Source: Okamejei kenojei (lineage: Eukaryota). From it: 64,000 bases of DNA. A program made the translations under genes and the position numbers. Below the pieces are notes generated by a model, which made no database searches, had not been told where the DNA came from, and was given only the letters and a program-made list of their open reading frames with translations. Each line of letters starts with the position of its first letter. Within the stretch, counting starts at the first letter, position 1. Shown in pieces: positions 1-11,042 of this stretch. The stretch covers positions 22,382,001-22,446,000 of the forward strand of contig CM069148.1 in NCBI GenBank assembly GCA_035221665.1, written 5' to 3'.

Positions 1-296
1 ATATATTGTAATTGTGCATAGTCAGAAGCACTCTTGCTTCTGCGCCTATATGTTATTGGCTTAAATCTCCCCTCCAGTGGAAAAATCTAAGCAGAGAAAA
101 CTGTAATACTGGGAAAAGGCTGCACTGCCAAAGGTGAAGTTTTTCAGATGAGATGTGAAAACAGGACCCCTTGTCTGCTTTTCAGATTAGGTGATTCCAT
201 GACATTGTTTTGAAGAGGAACACAGGAGATATCCAGACTCCTGGTCAATGCTTATCTCTCAAATCAGCAACATATCGATGAATAACTTGATCATGG

Positions 297-389
297 GTAC
301 ACAAAAGGCTGGAGAAACTCAGCGGGTGCAGCAGCATCTTAGGAGCGAAGGAGATAGGTGACATTTCGGGTCGAGACCCTTCTTCAGAC
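297..389 (-). mobile_element. Penelope-derived ~93-bp micro-element with hammerhead motif
   Basis: Minus strand reads GGTCTGAAGAAGGGTCTCGACCCGAAATGTCACC. Flanked by the 16-bp duplication AATAACTTGATCATGG (281-296, 410-425), with 20 bp of filler. Confidence 0.8.
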
Positions 390-587
390 CTCCTTCTGCA
401 GAGTTCTTCAATAACTTGATCATGGTTATATTTCTTTGTGGCCACCACACCTTTCATATATTACAAACAATGTAGCTATTTGAAGATCAGTCATTGTGGT
501 AAAGTACATGAAATTGACTATATAAATACAAGCCTGTCCTTTATATCTACAGGAAAAAGGCCGATCAGTGTTTTGTTTGAGTAGAGG

Positions 588-1545
588 GAGGAACTGCAGA
601 TGCTAGTTTAAACTGACAACAGACTCAAAAAGTTAGAGTAACAGCGGGTCAGGCAGCATCTCTGGAGAAAAGGAATATGTGATATGGGTCAAGACCCTTC
701 TTCAGACTGAGAGTCAGGGGAAAGGGGAACAAGATATAAACAGTACTTGAGACAAATGAATGAAAGGCATGCAAAAAGCAACAATGATCAAGGAAATGTG
801 GAACCCACAATGGTCCATTGTTGGCTCTGGGATAGGTGATAACAAGTTATACAGACAGTGGAACTCAACAGGACGACAGCAAAACTAGTACGACATCTGG
901 GGTGGGGCAAGGACGGAGAGAGAGAGGGGATGCAAGGGTTACTTGAAGTTAAGATAATTCAATATTGATACCACCAGGTTGTATGCTGCCTAAACGAAAT
1001 ATGAGCTGCTGTTCCTCCAATTTCCCATTGGCCTCACTCTGACAATGGAGGATGCCCAGGACAGAGAGGTCAGTATGGGAATGGGAAGGGTTTGGGTTAA
1101 AGGGTTAAAATGTTTGGCCGAGGCAGACTGAGCGAAGGCATTCAGCAAGATTGCCGAGTCTGTGCTTGGTCTCTCCAAAATGTAGGAATCCACACCTGAA
1201 ACAGCAAATACAGTAGATGAGGGTACACAAAAAGCTGGAGAAACTCAGCGGGTGCAGCAGCATCTAAGGAGCGAAGGAGATGGGCGACGTTTCGGGTCGA
1301 GACTCTTCTTCAGACAATACAGTAGATGAGGTTGGAGGAGGTGCGTGAACTTCTATCTCACCTGAAGGGATTGTTGGGGTCCCTGGAAAGAGTCGAGGGA
1401 GGAGGTAGAGGGACAGGTATTTAATCTCCTGCGGTTGCAGGGGAAACTACCTGGGGAAGGGGTGGGTTGGGTGGGAAGGAAAGAGTTAACCAGGGAGTTG
1501 AAGGGATAGCGGTTTCTGCAGAAAGGGAAGATGTGGCTAGTGAGT
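588..1545 (-). mobile_element. Penelope-like (Neptune-type) retroelement 3' fragment: degenerate GIY-YIG endonuclease plus terminal repeat
   Basis: Minus-strand translation PGSFPCNRRRLNTCP...SSNLIYCICCFRCGFLHFGETKHRLG...LHCQSEANGKLEEQQLIFRLGSIQPGGINIE (GIY-YIG with Cys motifs). The terminal unit has a degenerate hammerhead core at ~680-708. Confidence 0.85.
1223..1315 (-). mobile_element. Penelope-derived 93-bp hammerhead micro-element nested in the GIY-YIG fragment
   Basis: Perfect 16-bp TSD AATACAGTAGATGAGG (1207-1222, 1316-1331). Core on the minus strand: GTCTGAAGAAGAGTCTCGACCCGAAACGTC. Confidence 0.88.
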
Positions 1546-2119
1546 TTCAACTGGTTAGCTAAGTTGTGCTTTTGCTTCAAACCATTTTAGAAAGTATGAA
1601 TCCTTTGATTTATGTTGCTCAAAAGTGTCAACCACAGATCTGTAAAGAAAACATCGGTGGGCAGCTCAGTATTTATGAGGCAAAGGTAGTCAAATTTGCT
1701 GGGGTAAATATTGAAATTGCAAATATTTTCTCTCCAACCCCCTCCCAAAATCCTAGTTGTACCTGGAAACAATTTAAAATGTGTTCCATACAGTGAGTGT
1801 ACAGGGCGCTTGACCTGTGAATGATTGCATTCACTAAAACCTCAATCTCCATAAGTTGAGCTTAAGTATTTCACATTTTGTGCAAACTTTTATCATCAAT
1901 CTTTGAACAAGTGAAACATTACCAAATTTACTCAGAGCAGCTTTGACTAGTTTTGCAATACATTTGCGTAGCATTGGTGTAGACGTATCATATTTCTGAG
2001 TAGTGACGAGAGTGCTTGTCAACTTTTCTATTTACATTTTGGCTCTGGTCATTGTTATTGCGAACAGTTATTGTAATTCCATTAATAACATCACTGAACA
2101 GCTCAGAATAAGGTACGTT

Positions 2120-2852
2120 CTTGGTACGTGGGAGTGGCGGCGCTGCCCTGGCAGCAGCGGCTTGCCTGCAGTCCGTCTGTTTTTCTTTTTTTTTGTTTTC
2201 CTGTCTTGTTTTAGCGTTAATTTGAGTTATTATGGAGTGTATGTGTGTGGGAGGGGTGGGGACGTGACTTTTGGGGGGGACACGACTTTTCTTGTCGTAT
2301 CCCCCGTCTCTGCCTGCGCTGAGGCCTAATGGCGGAGCTGACAACCTCCAACTGCGACCGACCTTGAGGCTCCAGAGGCAGAGCCAACCAGGACTTACCA
2401 GCGCGGGGCTGGCCGACTTCGGGGCGGGTTCCGGTGGCCCGACTCGGAGCTGTGGCGGCTTTCCGGTGGTGGTGGCGGTGGACGACATCGTGGGAGCTTG
2501 CAGGTCACAGGTTGGTGACCTGTTTTTACGGAGCTCCCGCGGCAACAGCTGCGTCCACTGGACTGGAGGGCGGCAGCTTCGACCGCCCCGGGCCGCGGAG
2601 TTGAACCGGCCGGCTTGTGGAGCGCGGTTCACCCGCGGGACTTATTTACATCACCCGGAGCGGTCACAACATCGGAGACCCGGGTCGCCTCAGCGCAGAG
2701 GAAGAGGAAAAACAGGAAGGGAAGAGATAAAGACAAGATTTTTGCCTTCCATCACAGTGAGGTGGTGTATGGTGAACTCACTGTGGTGGATGTTAAATAT
2801 GTGTTTATTGTGTGTTATTTACTATATGTATGACTGTAGGCAACGAAATTTC
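2120..2852 (+). mobile_element. Unclassified GC/CpG-rich interspersed repeat, probably a non-autonomous non-LTR element
   Basis: Abrupt GC/CpG-rich block with T-rich internal tracts and a LINE-tail-like end (tatgtatgactgtaggcaacgaaatttc). The overlapping ORFs have no recognisable domain. Confidence 0.45.
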
Positions 2853-2884
2853 TGATTGAGGTGATCTCCCTAAAAATCTGTACA

Positions 2885-3145
2885 ATGCTACAGCGGTACA
2901 GCTGCTGCGCCCAGAGACCCTGGTTTGATCCTGATTACGGGTGCTGACCGTAAAGAGTTTATACTTTCTCCCTGTGACCGTTTGGGCTTTCTCCAGGCGC
3001 TCCATTTTTCCTCCCACACTCCAAAGATGTACAGGTTTGTAAGTTTATTGGCTTTACTAAAATTGTAAATTGTCCCTAGTGTGTAGGATCGTGTTAATGT
3101 ATGGTGGTGGTTGCTGGTCAGACTCGGTCTTGCAGATAGCATTGC
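2885..3145 (+). mobile_element. tRNA-derived V-domain SINE (HE1-like), degenerate
   Basis: B-box-like GGTTTGATCC followed by the V-SINE core gagtttatactttctccctgtgaccg...ttcctcccacactccaaagatgtacaggttt. Confidence 0.75.
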
Positions 3146-3689
3146 TGAATGTGCCCAATTTCCACTGCTATTTTTTTTATTGTTTTGCAATATTTGGGTG
3201 GGGGTGTTCAATTGAAATACCTTTTACACTTGATTGAGTCTTTACGCTACTTATTGAATTTGATTGCCTTTTATTCTGATTGGCCGTCCTCTTTATTGAT
3301 TGTTTGGATAAGCTTACACAAAGTCAAACCACAATTCCAAGCAGATGTCATTCCACCTGCCCCTAACCCTCCCACCCATTTCCACCTCACCTGTTCCACG
3401 ACTCCCTGGTCTGCCGACATCTCTCCCGCCTCCTGGCACTTAACGCTTATGAAGAGTACCATGAGTTACCAAGTTCCCATTTGTGCGCTAATGTTTAATT
3501 AGTAGTTTCGTGAAAGGAGTTTCTGCAGAAATGTGAAATTGTCAGTCTCTTCCAGTGGTTGAATTTTATGGAGTCCCAAATAAAGATGGAAAATGTTGCA
3601 CTTCGATAAGGGAACATCTTTGCATGGAAGTAGAAAATGACTCTTGTCAATGATTCTTTCCCAGAACAAACAAGTGAGAATTGTGGACA

Positions 3690-3915
3690 CAATGAACTGC
3701 AGATGCTGGTTTTTCAAAAAGGCACAAAGTGCTGGAGTAACTCAGTGGGTCAGGCAACATATCTGGAGCGTATGAATAGGTGAATTTTGATGTTTTTCCA
3801 CCTGGTTTGATGAAAAGGGTATTTACCTGAAACATTAATTTTGTTTCTCTCGCCACAGATGCTGCCTGATCTGTTGTTTTAATCCGCTGAGTTTCTCCAG
3901 CATTTTGTGTACCCT
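3690..3915. mobile_element. Penelope terminal-repeat fragments in inverted arrangement
   Basis: gaactgcagatgctgg...ggagtaactcagtgggtcaggcaac followed by opposite-orientation cagatgctgcctga...gctgagtttctccagcattttgtgt. Confidence 0.65.
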
Positions 3916-4464
3916 GTTGTTTTAATTTTAATGTTTTAATTTAGATTTTCCAACATTCCAATTTCAAACAGCTATATTTATTTATGTGGTTTCAGTCTAT
4001 CCATGCTTTTATGTCAACTCTAATGTTGTAACATCACATTCAGGCCTTGGAAATATCAAGATGAGATTACCTATTAAGGAAAAGATTTTTGTGAGAATAG
4101 GGAGAAAATGGCTTCTGGCAGTATTGCTGTTATTTTCCTTGCATAAACTGAATAGCAAGCACAGTGTGCATTGCCAAGTGATGTTATTCCCAAAAATTCT
4201 GAAACCTGATATGAACATCTGGACAATATCCAGGATATCATACAATGGCAAGTGGAGAGTAATGAAGATAAACTGTACATAAATGTTTCAGATTAATTAG
4301 TGCTTCACTTTGTGGTTGGAAACTAGAGCAAATAACTATTTGCCTACCATTGTGAGTTCGGGAGGATTTATTACTGAACTTCTGTTCCTCACACTACATT
4401 TTTTTTAAAAGAATGATCTCTAGCTAAAGTACTGCACTTTGCTGCCAACAAGTTTCCTGCTGTA

Positions 4465-5061
4465 GATGTTATGGACTGCTGATACCAGAATCTGGAACAA
4501 CAAAGACTCTGCAGGTCCAGCAGCATCTTAAGTGGGGCAGGGGGTGGCATGGCTAACGGAATTATTGGTCACTTATTTTGAAACTCTTCATCGACTAAAA
4601 GTGAAGGTAAGATGGGTAGTGTACAGAGGAGAGGGAATGGTAAGACAGGTCAGTGGGTGATTGGTGGACTGAAGAAGGGTGAAGAATGAAGGGGTGATTG
4701 AGCCGGGGGGGGGGGGGGGGGGGGGGGTGACGGTGAAGTTGGGAGATATGCACAAACACAGGCGGAGCTCTGGCAGCCTGGAGTCGGGTGAGTTTCAGAT
4801 TGTGTTCATATTACCCACCCAGCTGTCTCCACCTCCACCCCTCCCTCTCCCCCTCCCCTACCTGCACAATCTGGTGGTCACCCCTCACCCCTCTTAGTCC
4901 ACTAATCAGCCATTGCCTTTCCCTTACCACAGGCTCCCTCCTTCTTCCCTCTCCTCTCTTAGGCCTGATGCAGAGGTATCATTTTGACCTGAAAGACAAT
5001 TCCTTTGCTTTCACAGATACTGCTTGATTCACTTAGTCCCTCCAGCAGATTGTTTGTTACT
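4465..5061. mobile_element. Older Penelope-type element with inverted halves
   Basis: 16-bp TSD CAAGTTTCCTGCTGTA (4449-4464, 5062-5077). Purine-rich left half and pyrimidine-rich right half; degenerate CTGATG...GAAA core at ~4964-4993. Confidence 0.65.
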
Positions 5062-6097
5062 CAAGTTTCCTGCTGTAATAATCTACAGGATGAATGAGTG
5101 ATTCATCATCATGTGTCACCTCCTTTCCAGAGTCTTCAGATCCTTGGTCATCAAGTTGCAGAATGTAGACCACACTTCTGTGCATCCACAAGTCTCCAGC
5201 CAATATCAACTACCTCAATTCGGAAATGGCGTGGAAGTGTCAATTTTTTAAATTAAAAAAATGTTTTTTTATAAAGGGCTGAATTTATTTTTAAAAAGCT
5301 CCTGCACCATTTTTTCTACGTTACTTTTGTTACTATTTACATTCAAATGGAATGTCTTTTAAAAGAACACTTTAGGTCAAGGGTGGTATTGAATTACTCA
5401 ACTTAGTAAATGTTTCCTCGTGTTCAAACGTTTGCTGTTGTCCCATGTTTATGTTTCTAAGTATGATAAACTCCTCATTTTTGTGAGGAATAGGTCTAAT
5501 ATTTGCTTCAGAGGAATCTTCTTCAACACATCAGGCTAACCATTCTGATGCTGCAGAAATTGAATAAAATTGTATGTTTATTCATGATGGCTAGCCAAAT
5601 ATGAATTTCAATAATTTGTTTCAAGTGCTGCCAGTGTTCTTGTACTGTATCATTAAACACTGTATGTTTCTGTCTGCAGACTTTACCATTCCATCAGTTT
5701 CAGTAGGATCGGTTCTAAATGGTGTTTTTTTTGCACCCAATTTGAATTAATTTGAAATGCATTGTAAAGAAAGTAATTTGGTTAATGTGGACGTTTTACT
5801 CAAAATCACTCAACACCATGTTTTGCTACATCTTGATACTTTTTAAGGTTGATTTTCCTTTGAATGTTGCTACTTGTAGTTCTGCATTAATTGCTTGATT
5901 ACAATATTGTATTGATACTTACAGTATTCTAATTGCAAACTCAAAATTCCAATATTCACTTAACACACATCAATTGGCAATGTTAAAGGTACAGTAGTAA
6001 TTGTTATGTTTAAAGTTTAATGATTAAAGGTTTCATTATGAATATGTGATGGTTGTTATTATGATGGAATCGATCATGAAAGGCTCCAAGATCATTA

Positions 6098-6760
6098 GGA
6101 CAATAGACAATAGGTGCAGGAGTTGGCCCATTTGGCCCTTCGAGCCAGCACCGCCATTCAATGTGATCATGGCCAATCATCCCCAATCAGTACCCCGTTC
6201 CTGCCTTCTCCCCATATCCCCTGACTCCGCTATTTTTAAGAGCCCTATCTAGCTCTCTTGAAAGCATCCAGAGAACCCGCCTCCACCGCCCTCTGAGGCA
6301 GAGAATTCCACCACTCTCTGTGAGAAAGTGTTTCCTTGTCTCCGTAGCAGATCTTTGCAGCATAGATTGTTAAATGATAGAAAAATAGAAAATAGGTGCA
6401 GGAGTAGGCCCTTCGAGCCGACACCGCCATTCAATATGATCATGGCTGATCATCCAACTCGGTATCCTGTACCTGCCTTCTCTCCATACCCCATAATCCA
6501 TCTAGCCACAAGGGCCACATCTAACTCCCTCTTAAATATAGCCAATGAACTGGCCTCAACTACTTTCTGTGGCAGAGAATTCCACAGATTTACCATGAGA
6601 AAAAAAAATTCTCATCTCTGTCCTAAAAGACTTCCCCTTTATCCTTAAACTATGACCCATTGTCCTGGACTTCCCCAACATCGGGAACAATCTTCTTGCA
6701 TCTAGCCTATCCAACCCCTTAAGAATTTTGTACGTTTCTGTAAAATTCCCCCTCAACCTT
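6098..6760 (-). mobile_element. Two adjacent CR1/HER1 LINE 3' fragments (6098-6330, 6362-6760)
   Basis: Tail atagacaataggtgcaggag...gcccttcgagcc. The minus strand encodes the CR1 ORF2 C-terminus (ETYKILKGLDRLDARRLFPM...GHSLRIKG; FSQRVVEF). Confidence 0.9.
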
Positions 6761-6832
6761 CTATGGTCATCTGCTTTAATTTTGGATTCTTGTAACAAAA
6801 CAAAATATTCGGTATCATTTAAGTTTAATGTA

Positions 6833-8900
6833 CAATGCCCTCCATAATGTTTGGGACAAAGACTCATCATTTATTTATTAGCCTCTGTACTCCACAATTT
6901 GAGATTTATAATAGAAAAAAACACATGTGGTTAAAGTGCACATTGTTAAAGGCCATTTTGATGCATTTTGGTTTCACCATGTAGAAATTACAGCTGTGTT
7001 TATACATTGTCCACCCATTTTAGACCACAATAATTTTTGGGGCTCATGGCTTCACAGGTGTTTGTAATTGCTCAGGTGCATAATAATTGCCTACTTAATG
7101 CAGGCATAAGAGAGCTCTCAGCACTTAATCTTTCCTCCAGTCCTTCAATCACCTTTGGAAACTTTTATTGCTGTTTATCAACATGAGGACCAAAGTTGTG
7201 CCAATGAAAGTCAAAGAAGCCATTATGAGACTGAGAAACAAGAATAAAATTGTTAGAGATATCAGCCAAACCTTAGGCTTACCAATATCAACTGTTTGGA
7301 ACATCATTAAGAAGAAAGAGAGCACTGGTGAGCTTACTAATCACAAAGGGATTGGCAGGCCAAGGAAGAGCTCCACAACTGATGACGGAAAAATTATCTC
7401 TATAATAAAGAAAAATTCCCATACACCTGTCCGACAGATCAGAAACACTCTTCAGGAGTTGGGTGTGGATTTGTCAATGACCACTGACCGCAGAGGACTT
7501 CATGAACAGAAACACAGAGGCTACACTGCAAGATGCAAACCACTGATTAGCCGGAAAAATAGGATGGCCAGGTTACAGTTTGCCAAGAAGTACTTAAAAG
7601 AGCAACCACAGTTCTGGAAAAAGGTCTTGTGGCCAGATGAGATGAAGATTAACACATCAGAGTGATTGCATGAGCAAAGTATGGAGGAGAGAAGGAACTG
7701 CCCAAGGTCCATAGACAATAGGTGTAGGTCATTCGGCCCTTCGAACCAGCACAGTCATTCAATGTGATCATGGCAGATCATCTACAATCAGTAACCCATT
7801 CCTGCATTCTCCCCACATGCCCTGACTCTGCTATCTTTAAGAGCCCTATCCAGCTCTATCTTGATAGTATCGGCCTCTAGCTGAACTGGCCTCCTCTGCC
7901 CTCTGACGCTGAGAATTCCACAGACTCACAACTCTCTGGGTGAAAAGGTGTTTTCTCATCTCCGTTCTAAATGACTTGCCCCGTATTCTTAAACTGTGGC
8001 CCCTAGTTCTGGACTCCCCCAACATCGGGAACATGTTTCCTGCCTCTAGCATGTCCAAACCCTTAATAATCTTAAATGTTTCAATAAGATCCCCTCTCAT
8101 CCTAAATTCCAGAGTATACAAGGAAAGCCACTCAATTCTCTCAGCATTTGACAGTCCCACCATCCCGAGAATTAACCTTGTGAACCTATGCTGCACTCCC
8201 TCAATAGCAAGAATGTCCTTCATTAAATTTGGAGACAAACTGCACTCAATACACCAGGTGTGGTCTCACTGGGGCCCTGTGCAACTGCAAAAAGCATACC
8301 ACCTCATCTGTGAAACACGGTGTGTGGGTGTTATGGACTGGGCATGTATGGCTGCTGAAGGTACTGGCTCATTTATCTTCATTGATGATACATCTGCTGA
8401 TGGTAGTAGCATAATGAATTCTGAAGTGTATAGACACATCCTGTCTGCTCAAGTTCAAATAAATGCCTCAAAACTCATTGTCTGTTCTACAGCAAGACAA
8501 TGATCCCAAACATACTGCTAAAGCAACAAAGGAGTTTTTCAAAGCTAAAATATGGTCATTTATTGAGCGGTCAAGTCAATGACCCGATTTGAACACAATT
8601 GAACATGTCTTTTATATGCTGAAGAGAAAACTGAAGGGGACTAGCCCCCAAAACAAGCATAAGCTAAAGATGGCTGCAATACAGGCATGGCATAGCTTCA
8701 CCAGAGAAGACACCCAGCAACTGGTGATGTCCATGAATCACAGACTTCAAGCAGTCATTGCATGTAAAGGATATGCAAAAAAATACTAAACATGACTACT
8801 TTAATTTACATGACATTGCTGTGTCCCAAACATTATGGTGGCCTGAAATAGGGGGGGATTATGTATAAACACTACTGTAATTTCCAGATGGTGACACTGG
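6833..8900 (+). mobile_element. Tc1/mariner (IR/DR type, DD34E) transposon, defective
   Basis: TA at 6831-6832, then a ~210-bp left TIR starting caatgccctccataatgtttgggaca. Transposase from 7183 (MRTKVVPMKVKEAI...HTH...VLWPDE, QQDNDPKHT, PDLNTIE with 34-residue spacing) has frameshifts and stops. The right TIR is truncated at ~8900. Confidence 0.92.
7711..8290 (-). mobile_element. CR1/HER1 LINE 3' fragment inserted in the Tc1 transposase
   Basis: ORF 7846-8238 is the CR1 ORF2 C-terminus. Tc1 sequence ccaaggtcc|aaagcatacc resumes on either side. Confidence 0.92.
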
Positions 8901-8904
8901 TTTT

Positions 8905-9295
8905 ACAGGTATTGACCTCTCCACCATGGAAGAGATCTATCTTTTAAAGGTGCTGCCTCAAAGGCAGCCAGCACCACCTTGGCCTCACTCTTGATTGCAC
9001 TCCTGAGAAGGTGATATAGGAAAACTGTAATGTTCAGGGACAGCTTCTTCCCAACATTCATCAGACTCTTGAACACTACAAACAGCAACCAAACTGCAAA
9101 CTTACTTGGTTGCATTAGGGACTTTAGGCGTTTGTTTTGCACTAATCTTTTTTTAATTTATTGATTTATTTTGTGTTTGTTTGTTCAGTGTCAATGCGTA
9201 CTGTGTATATAGACCTGTTAAGCTGCTGCAATTAAGAATTTCATAGGTCCATTTTCGGTACATGTAACAATTAAACGCTCTTGAATCTTGAAATT
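8905..9295 (+). mobile_element. Rex1/Babar-type LINE 3' end
   Basis: ttcagggacagcttcttcccaacattcatcagactcttgaac (FRDSFFPTFIRLLN), with the same 3' tail as the element ending at ~31575. Confidence 0.7.
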
Positions 9296-9814
9296 AATTC
9301 TATCTTAGCCACTGAATTTAATTTCCATACTTATGAAGAGCTTGTCTGTGGCACAGACCAGTAGACCGAGATTATGTAACATAAACAGTTGAAAACAATT
9401 GTGCTTTATTGTTTGATGATCATGTGCTGATCCATAATTCATTAAGGAGGAAGGAACTAGTCTCGCACAAGTGTTATGCTCTATTTTGCTGGTCGGTAGG
9501 CTTATCGTGAAGGAAGACATTTCCATTTGGATATGGTTAAAACAGGAAATGGGGAGGGAGGCGTCAGCAGGTGTTAATGCACAATAATTATGTTTGGTAT
9601 AGTCTGCGAATGGAATAGCTTCTTGGCATTGCTCCACGTTCCCATGCTCATTTTGCTTGTAATTTCATTGTCTTGCACAAAACTGCGTGGCATGCTGAAT
9701 TCCCTATGTGATAGTTAATGAGAATGCCTGAGACTAATAAGTAAATGGTACACAATGTTTAATTGAACAGTATACAAAAAAACCATTCAATTAATCTGAT
9801 GTTGCTTCTTTTAG

Positions 9815-9975
9815 GAAGTCCAAGACCAAGCCAAATGGTAAAAAAACAGCAACGGAGGAGAAGAAATTGTACCTGGAGCCTGAATATACCAAAGCCAGAA
9901 TAACAGATTTCAACTTTAAAGAACTGGTGACTTTGCCACGTGAAATTGACCTAAATGAATGGCTAGCCAGCAATA
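9815..9975 (+). CDS. MOB2: MOB kinase activator 2, first coding exon visible in the window (161 bp; probably exon 2)
   Basis: Acceptor ttctttttag|G, donor A|gtaagt. Translates (x)KSKTKPNGKKTATEEKKLYLEPEYTKARITDFNFKELVTLPREIDLNEWLASN, matching vertebrate MOB2 (KSKAKPNGKK...LPREIDLNEWLASN). Confidence 0.97.
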
Positions 9976-10087
9976 GTAAGTTCCTGTTGTTCATATAGGT
10001 ACAACAGCCAGTACATTTAAAACAATCTTATTTCCGTATAAATTTCTGAAGAGTGTTGTGGCAGCTGGTGTGGAGTATGAAGTACAA

Positions 10088-10950
10088 TGGAACTGTCCAC
10101 TAAGGCGATTTTTTCAGGCGACTGGAACTGCGACTGTCAGAGTGGAATGCGCGCACACACACGAACACACACAAACCCCCACGAACCCACACACAAACCT
10201 GAACGCACACGAGCGCACACACACGAACGAACACGCGAACGCACACACACACACACACAAACACACGAACACACGAACACATGAACACACACACACACAC
10301 ACACACGAACACACACACGAACACACCGCTTCCTTCACCACCCCGTTATGCAGGTGGGGGATAGGGCAAGTGGCCGGGTGGGGGGGGGGGCGCTAATGTG
10401 ATATAGACACACACCGCGATGAACAGGAAGGTTGGCGCTGTAAGACGGGGAAAGCACGGGAAAGAGTACGGAAAGGGTCACGTAAGTCCTTTAAAAGAGG
10501 GGGAAAAGGAGTGGGGACGACCTTTAAGAAGCCAGAGATGCACGGTTGTGAAGCTCGTCGGACATTAACATTACCGGTCGGTTATCCTTGGTTCTGAAAA
10601 ATACTGTTTATGTTTTTTTTCCCAATGAGCCAATTAATTAATTCACCGGTCAGCACCGGCTACAACCTACGAGAACCTTCGACCTCCTGGCAACCCACTA
10701 GGACCTCCTAGCGACCCACCTACGGCACAAGAATTCTCGCTACTCTCCATGGCGGCTTCATTCTGGTCACCGCTAATTTTTCAACATGTTGAAAAATTTG
10801 CGGCGACCATAATGAGGCCGCGACTAGTTCCCAGAATGCAGGAGCTCCTCACGACCATGAAGGCGACTACCCGGCAACCACCAGCCAACATGTGGCGACT
10901 GCATAGTCTCCTGCAGTCGCCTAAAAAGTTGCCTAAGTGGGACAGGCCCA
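10088..10950. mobile_element. Non-autonomous PIF/Harbinger-like element containing a CA-rich microsatellite
   Basis: Left ctgtccactaaggcgattttttcaggcgactg versus right cagtcgcctaaaaagttgcctaagtgggacaggccca|TAA. Same TIR family as 13658-13911. Confidence 0.7.
10150..10326. repeat. Degenerate (CA)n/(CACGAA)n microsatellite
   Basis: Seen directly; it explains the His/Thr and Cys/Val repetitive ORFs. Confidence 0.95.
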
Positions 10951-11042
10951 TAAGTTAAACCAAAGAGCTTATTTTTATGCTATTCTATTTTTACAAATGA
11001 ACTACTTTGTATTGGGAAATAATCAAAATCTGAATGCAATTA

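Noticed and set aside
1988-2855. Long overlapping ORFs (214 aa on minus, 194 aa on plus) as a host gene
   Set aside because: They arise from a GC-rich repeat-like block with few stop codons; no domain or splice structure.
4704-4727. Poly-G/poly-C runs (also 37053-37081, 56733-56753) as functional G-quadruplex elements
   Set aside because: Simple homopolymers in or beside repeats, with lengths prone to sequencing error; no further support.
8330-8350. ATGGACTGG as the MOB2 MDWLMG first exon
   Set aside because: Lies within the Tc1 transposase sequence, does not continue as LMG and has no donor.
7168-8789. Functional Tc1 transposase
   Set aside because: Interrupted by a CR1 insertion, frameshifts and an in-frame stop before the catalytic E.
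10058-10396. His/Thr-rich and Cys/Val-rich ORFs
   Set aside because: Translations of a CA-rich microsatellite.
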